The notes under the pieces were generated by a model. That model was not told the DNA's origin, ran no database searches, and was given only the letters and a program-made list of their open reading frames with translations. A stretch of 18,991 bases of DNA from an uncultured Candidatus Bathyarchaeia archaeon (GTDB lineage Archaea; Thermoproteota; Bathyarchaeia; Bathyarchaeales; Bathycorpusculaceae). Shown here piece by piece: positions 15,881-18,991 of the stretch; within the stretch, counting starts at the first letter, position 1, and every line of letters begins with the position of its first letter. The translations under genes and the position numbers were made by a program. The DNA lies in the NCBI GenBank assembly GCA_964450845.1, contig CAYVGZ010000024.1, positions 1-18,991 on the forward strand. Direction: 5' to 3'.

Positions 15881-17527
15881 TTAAGCGTAAGTTTTAGAGT
15901 AGGCTTTTGCGAAAGCTTCATATTCTTTTTCTGAGAACCAGCCTTCCTCTTTAAGACGTTTTAATCCGTTGCCAATTTGTTCGCGAATCGCGTTTGTTTT
16001 TAACATGTCAGCTTTCTCGCCGGTTTCGTTTATCTCTCTTTCAAACACTGCGTCTCGCTCAACTAGTGCAGGAAACTTGTTTAGAAACGTGGTTATTGTT
16101 TTGAAACGAGGCACAAGAAGTTGCTTAACTTTTGCTTTGCCTAGTGCCCCTTTAAGCTTCGCCAAAAGACTTATGCTATTTGCTATAGAAGGTGAAAACG
16201 ATACATAACGCCTTTTTGACTGGGATTGATAGCAGGCTAGATAGAATGGTATGTAAATTAGGACGTTTTTCTTCTGTTTTTGCTCAATTCCCAACTTTTC
16301 AAACTCGGCAAGCTTTGCCTCTCTCGTTTTAGCCATCTTATTGATCTGCTCAATTATCGTTGAAGTCAGTTTCTCCAACTTCTCAATTTCTTGACTATGA
16401 ACTTGGATTTTGGCTTCTCTCGAAGCCTCAAGTTCCAGCAAGTCCTTCTTAGCTTCCTTAACTTTGGCTTCCCATTCAGATCTTAGCCTAAAAGTTTCGA
16501 GCGTTCTGCTTTCGTCTATTTCCTTCATTTTTCCTTCAAGTTCTCTTATTTCGGCTTCAACTTCAGAGAGTTCTTTCTTGCTTTCATTGGTTTTTTCTTT
16601 CCATTTTCGTTCGCCAACAACATCTTTGCTGGTTGCACATGTTTTTGCTTCTATTTTGCAGCGTTCAATCTTGTTGAGTGTTTGTTCCTTGGTTTTTTCA
16701 AGTTTGACTTTTTCTTTTTGCACAGGAAGAAGACGCTTTTCAAAATCATTTGTGAGCTTGGTTATCTGTTCGTCGTATTCCTCGTTTAGGCGGTTAACCT
16801 TAGGCATTATGATGCTTTCTTGTTTCTTGATTTCTCTGCCAAATTCTTCTTCAATTGTTTTTATCTTGCTGCTGATTGTTTTGACGAAATTGCGTGTTGT
16901 TCTGTTAAGGAGTTTCATGTTTTTGTAGAGGTCGTCAAGGTCTTTCTCGAATTCGGATTTTAGGTTTTCAAGTTCCAGTGTTATGGATGAGATTGTTGAT
17001 TCATCTATTGTTGGTGATAACATTGTCAAATCTGGTGATGAGGTTTCAACTTGTTTAGCTTCAGAAAGGTATGAGGCGAATTCGTTGAGAAAATTTTGGT
17101 CTGTTACAAGGCCTTTTATCACTATTTCTTTTTCAGTCGTGGGTATTTGAAAGTAGTTAACGTTGTCAGACAGAAAAGCCATGTAAGTCTCCAGCGTTTT
17201 TGAACTTCTTTCAACGTTTTCCATGAAAGTTTTCAAATCTGGGACGACTTTGTAGTTTAAATTGAAGGCTCCTGCACTTAACCCGTCAAAGAGAAGATTA
17301 AATTTGCTCCATGAAATAAGCCAGAAAGGATAACAAATCTCGGCTATAAAAGCCGGCTTTTCCACAGGTTGTTTTAGAATTAAACCGCCGCCCTTTGCCC
17401 TCTCTAGTTCGACAGAACAAAAAATGGCAGCGTTTTCCATTTCTTTTGTGAATGGTTCTTTGCGATTTTCGGAGGGAACTGAGAAGGGAAGAATAAATCG
17501 GATATTTTCTGAAGGGAACTTTGCCAT
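15881..17527 (-). CDS. Hypothetical protein with a long central coiled coil, 548 aa
   Basis: Long ORF with its own ATG; E/K-rich heptad region over roughly residues 190-410, flanked by globular-looking termini; no NTPase motif. Confidence 0.85.
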   Translation of the reverse strand: MAKFPSENIRFILPFSVPSENRKEPFTKEMENAAIFCSVELERAKGGGLILKQPVEKPAFIAEICYPFWLISWSKFNLLFDGLSAGAFNLNYKVVPDLKTFMENVERSSKTLETYMAFLSDNVNYFQIPTTEKEIVIKGLVTDQNFLNEFASYLSEAKQVETSSPDLTMLSPTIDESTISSITLELENLKSEFEKDLDDLYKNMKLLNRTTRNFVKTISSKIKTIEEEFGREIKKQESIIMPKVNRLNEEYDEQITKLTNDFEKRLLPVQKEKVKLEKTKEQTLNKIERCKIEAKTCATSKDVVGERKWKEKTNESKKELSEVEAEIRELEGKMKEIDESRTLETFRLRSEWEAKVKEAKKDLLELEASREAKIQVHSQEIEKLEKLTSTIIEQINKMAKTREAKLAEFEKLGIEQKQKKNVLIYIPFYLACYQSQSKRRYVSFSPSIANSISLLAKLKGALGKAKVKQLLVPRFKTITTFLNKFPALVERDAVFEREINETGEKADMLKTNAIREQIGNGLKRLKEEGWFSEKEYEAFAKAYSKTYA

Positions 17528-17683
17528 TTAATGACCACAGTCATAATAAGTAGGCAAGTTGGTTTTTAAATTTGTTATAGAAAACTTGATGCGCATAATT
17601 TTAACGCCCATCATCAACACAGTGGAAAAACCTAAATCTTATATAATTTGGCTTCAAATGAAAAAACCTTAGAGTGAAAACAC

Positions 17684-17905
17684 TTGTGTCCCAAATGGCA
17701 GAGTTTGCAAAAATTGGTGGCTATTATAGGCGGTTTCTTAACATTAATGGGAATAATTCTACTGGGTATAGCCGCTCTGGCTCTTTTCGGATATTTAAAC
17801 GTCGATCTGCTTCTTGAAAGAAAATATCTGTTAACGTTTGCCATCGCAATGATCGTGGTTGGTTTACTCGACACTTTTTCAGCAATTATTATTGCTCGCT
17901 GGTGA
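17684..17905 (+). CDS. Small two-TM hypothetical membrane protein
   Basis: Two hydrophobic helices (LVAIIGGFLTLMGIILLGIAALALF; LLTFAIAMIVVGLLDTFSAIII); the start may be TTG 17705. Confidence 0.65.
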   Translation: MCPKWQSLQKLVAIIGGFLTLMGIILLGIAALALFGYLNVDLLLERKYLLTFAIAMIVVGLLDTFSAIIIARW

Positions 17906-17911
17906 GAACGA

Positions 17912-18133
17912 ATGGTAAAAGCCAGAAGTGTAGCATTGCGACTTGTTGGAGGATTTCAATGCGGGTCAGGCGGATTAGCCTCGGTTTTCGCATACTTAGT
18001 CTATACGAGTCCATCAATACGAGACATGTTAGCCATAACTTCTGAAGAGGTCCCACTGTACATGTTTCTCTTTCTAGTCTTTGGCATGTTTTCAATTTTA
18101 AGCGGATTTCTTCTTGTTCATGAAAAGGGATAG
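17912..18133 (+). CDS. Small two-TM hypothetical membrane protein
   Basis: ATG 6 nt after the previous stop; two hydrophobic segments; ends 12 nt before the permease ATG. Confidence 0.65.
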   Translation: MVKARSVALRLVGGFQCGSGGLASVFAYLVYTSPSIRDMLAITSEEVPLYMFLFLVFGMFSILSGFLLVHEKG

Positions 18134-18145
18134 TGGAAACTAAAA

Positions 18146-18991
18146 ATGGAAGGAAAAAGTCTCAAAAGAGAACTTGGACTACTCCATGCAACAATGATGG
18201 GAATTGGAGGAGCCATATGTGCAGGTGTTTTTGTAACATTAGGTTATGCTGCGACCCTTGCAGGCACAGCTCTAATAATTGCCATGATTCTTTGCGGAAT
18301 TATAAATCTGTTCACTATGCTTAGCTACGCTGAACTTGGTGCAGCCATACCCAGCGCTGGCGGAGAATACACATTCGCTAAAGCATCATTCGGCGGATTC
18401 TTGTCTTTCGCTACAGGCTGGTTTGAGTGGATAAGCAACATGTTCTATGCAGCTTTTGCCTCTGTTGGATTTGCCTATTTGATTTCCTACGTCATTCCAA
18501 CAATTAACATACCCTTAGTTGCCGTAATAACAGTCGCAATATTCACCATAATTAACATTAAAGGCGTAAAAGAGACAGGACTAACCCAAACAGCCTTGGT
18601 GATAATTCTGTTAAGTCTTTTAGGCATATTCACTGTCTGGGGTTTTTTCACCAGCCAAAACGTCGGTCCCCTAGAACTTAAAGCACCCGAAGGCTTCTTA
18701 GGAGTGCTTAGAGCATCAGCTTTTATTTTTGTGGTATATTTGGGCGGAGAAGCAATAGTAGTAGCACAAGCAGAGATTAAAGATCCAGGCAAAACTATTC
18801 CGCGAGCTATACTTTTGTCGTGCTTTGCGCTAATCATTATCTACACTGCAATCGCCTACGTAGTGTTCAAGATTGTCCCTGCCGAGAATTTAGTTGATAA
18901 GGCATCGCCTCTCGCTTATGTGGCAGAACAGTTTATGGGACCCCTCGGCGTTGGAATGATTACAATTGCCGGAATCATTGCTGCCTTGTCT
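18146..18991 (+). CDS. APC-superfamily amino acid permease (3'-truncated by the window)
   Basis: Absent from the ORF track; read by hand from ATG 18146: MEGKSLKRELGLLHATMMGIGGAICAGVF...SYAELGAAIPSAGGEYTF...GWFEW...EIKDPGKTIPRAI, open to the window end. Confidence 0.92.
   Translation, partial: MEGKSLKRELGLLHATMMGIGGAICAGVFVTLGYAATLAGTALIIAMILCGIINLFTMLSYAELGAAIPSAGGEYTFAKASFGGFLSFATGWFEWISNMFYAAFASVGFAYLISYVIPTINIPLVAVITVAIFTIINIKGVKETGLTQTALVIILLSLLGIFTVWGFFTSQNVGPLELKAPEGFLGVLRASAFIFVVYLGGEAIVVAQAEIKDPGKTIPRAILLSCFALIIIYTAIAYVVFKIVPAENLVDKASPLAYVAEQFMGPLGVGMITIAGIIAALS

Noticed and set aside
18133-18324. 63-aa + strand ORF
   Set aside because: Wrong frame; the real gene is the APC permease from ATG 18146.
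319-18837. Many short ORFs in the track antisense to or overlapping long genes (e.g. 319-582, 1983-2249, 6108-6302, 9612-9989, 13460-13912, 16410-16928, 18487-18837)
   Set aside because: They are shadows of well-supported genes on the other strand or frame and show no recognisable motifs.
1-18991. CRISPR array, IS/transposase, integrase, tRNA or rRNA
   Set aside because: No regularly spaced repeats, transposase or recombinase motifs, or stable-RNA signatures were seen by eye.

Overview
Archaeal chromosomal window; the gene repertoire and codon style suggest Bathyarchaeia, which is inference only. In order it holds: the 3' part of an Lhr helicase with a Zn-ribbon/HhH tail; a DUF3795 Cys-rich protein; and an M29 aminopeptidase-like gene split by a -1 frameshift at A AAA AAT and missing all recognisable metal ligands. 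An AT-rich insert (~3.8-5.45 kb) follows, with a 4-TM protein, a frameshifted HEPN (R-X5-H) protein and a strongly structured ~81-nt hairpin. Next come an APC permease, an fwdF-like polyferredoxin/hdrA-mvhD fusion operon, a SAM methyltransferase, a second DUF3795, nucS, ppa, a NitT/TauT-type ABC permease plus ATPase with no binding protein, a long coiled-coil protein, two small membrane proteins and a second APC permease running off the end. The best candidate for a new system is the HEPN plus structured RNA (plus membrane protein) module, which resembles an RNA-antitoxin/HEPN-toxin or defence cassette. No tRNA, rRNA, CRISPR array or transposase was seen.
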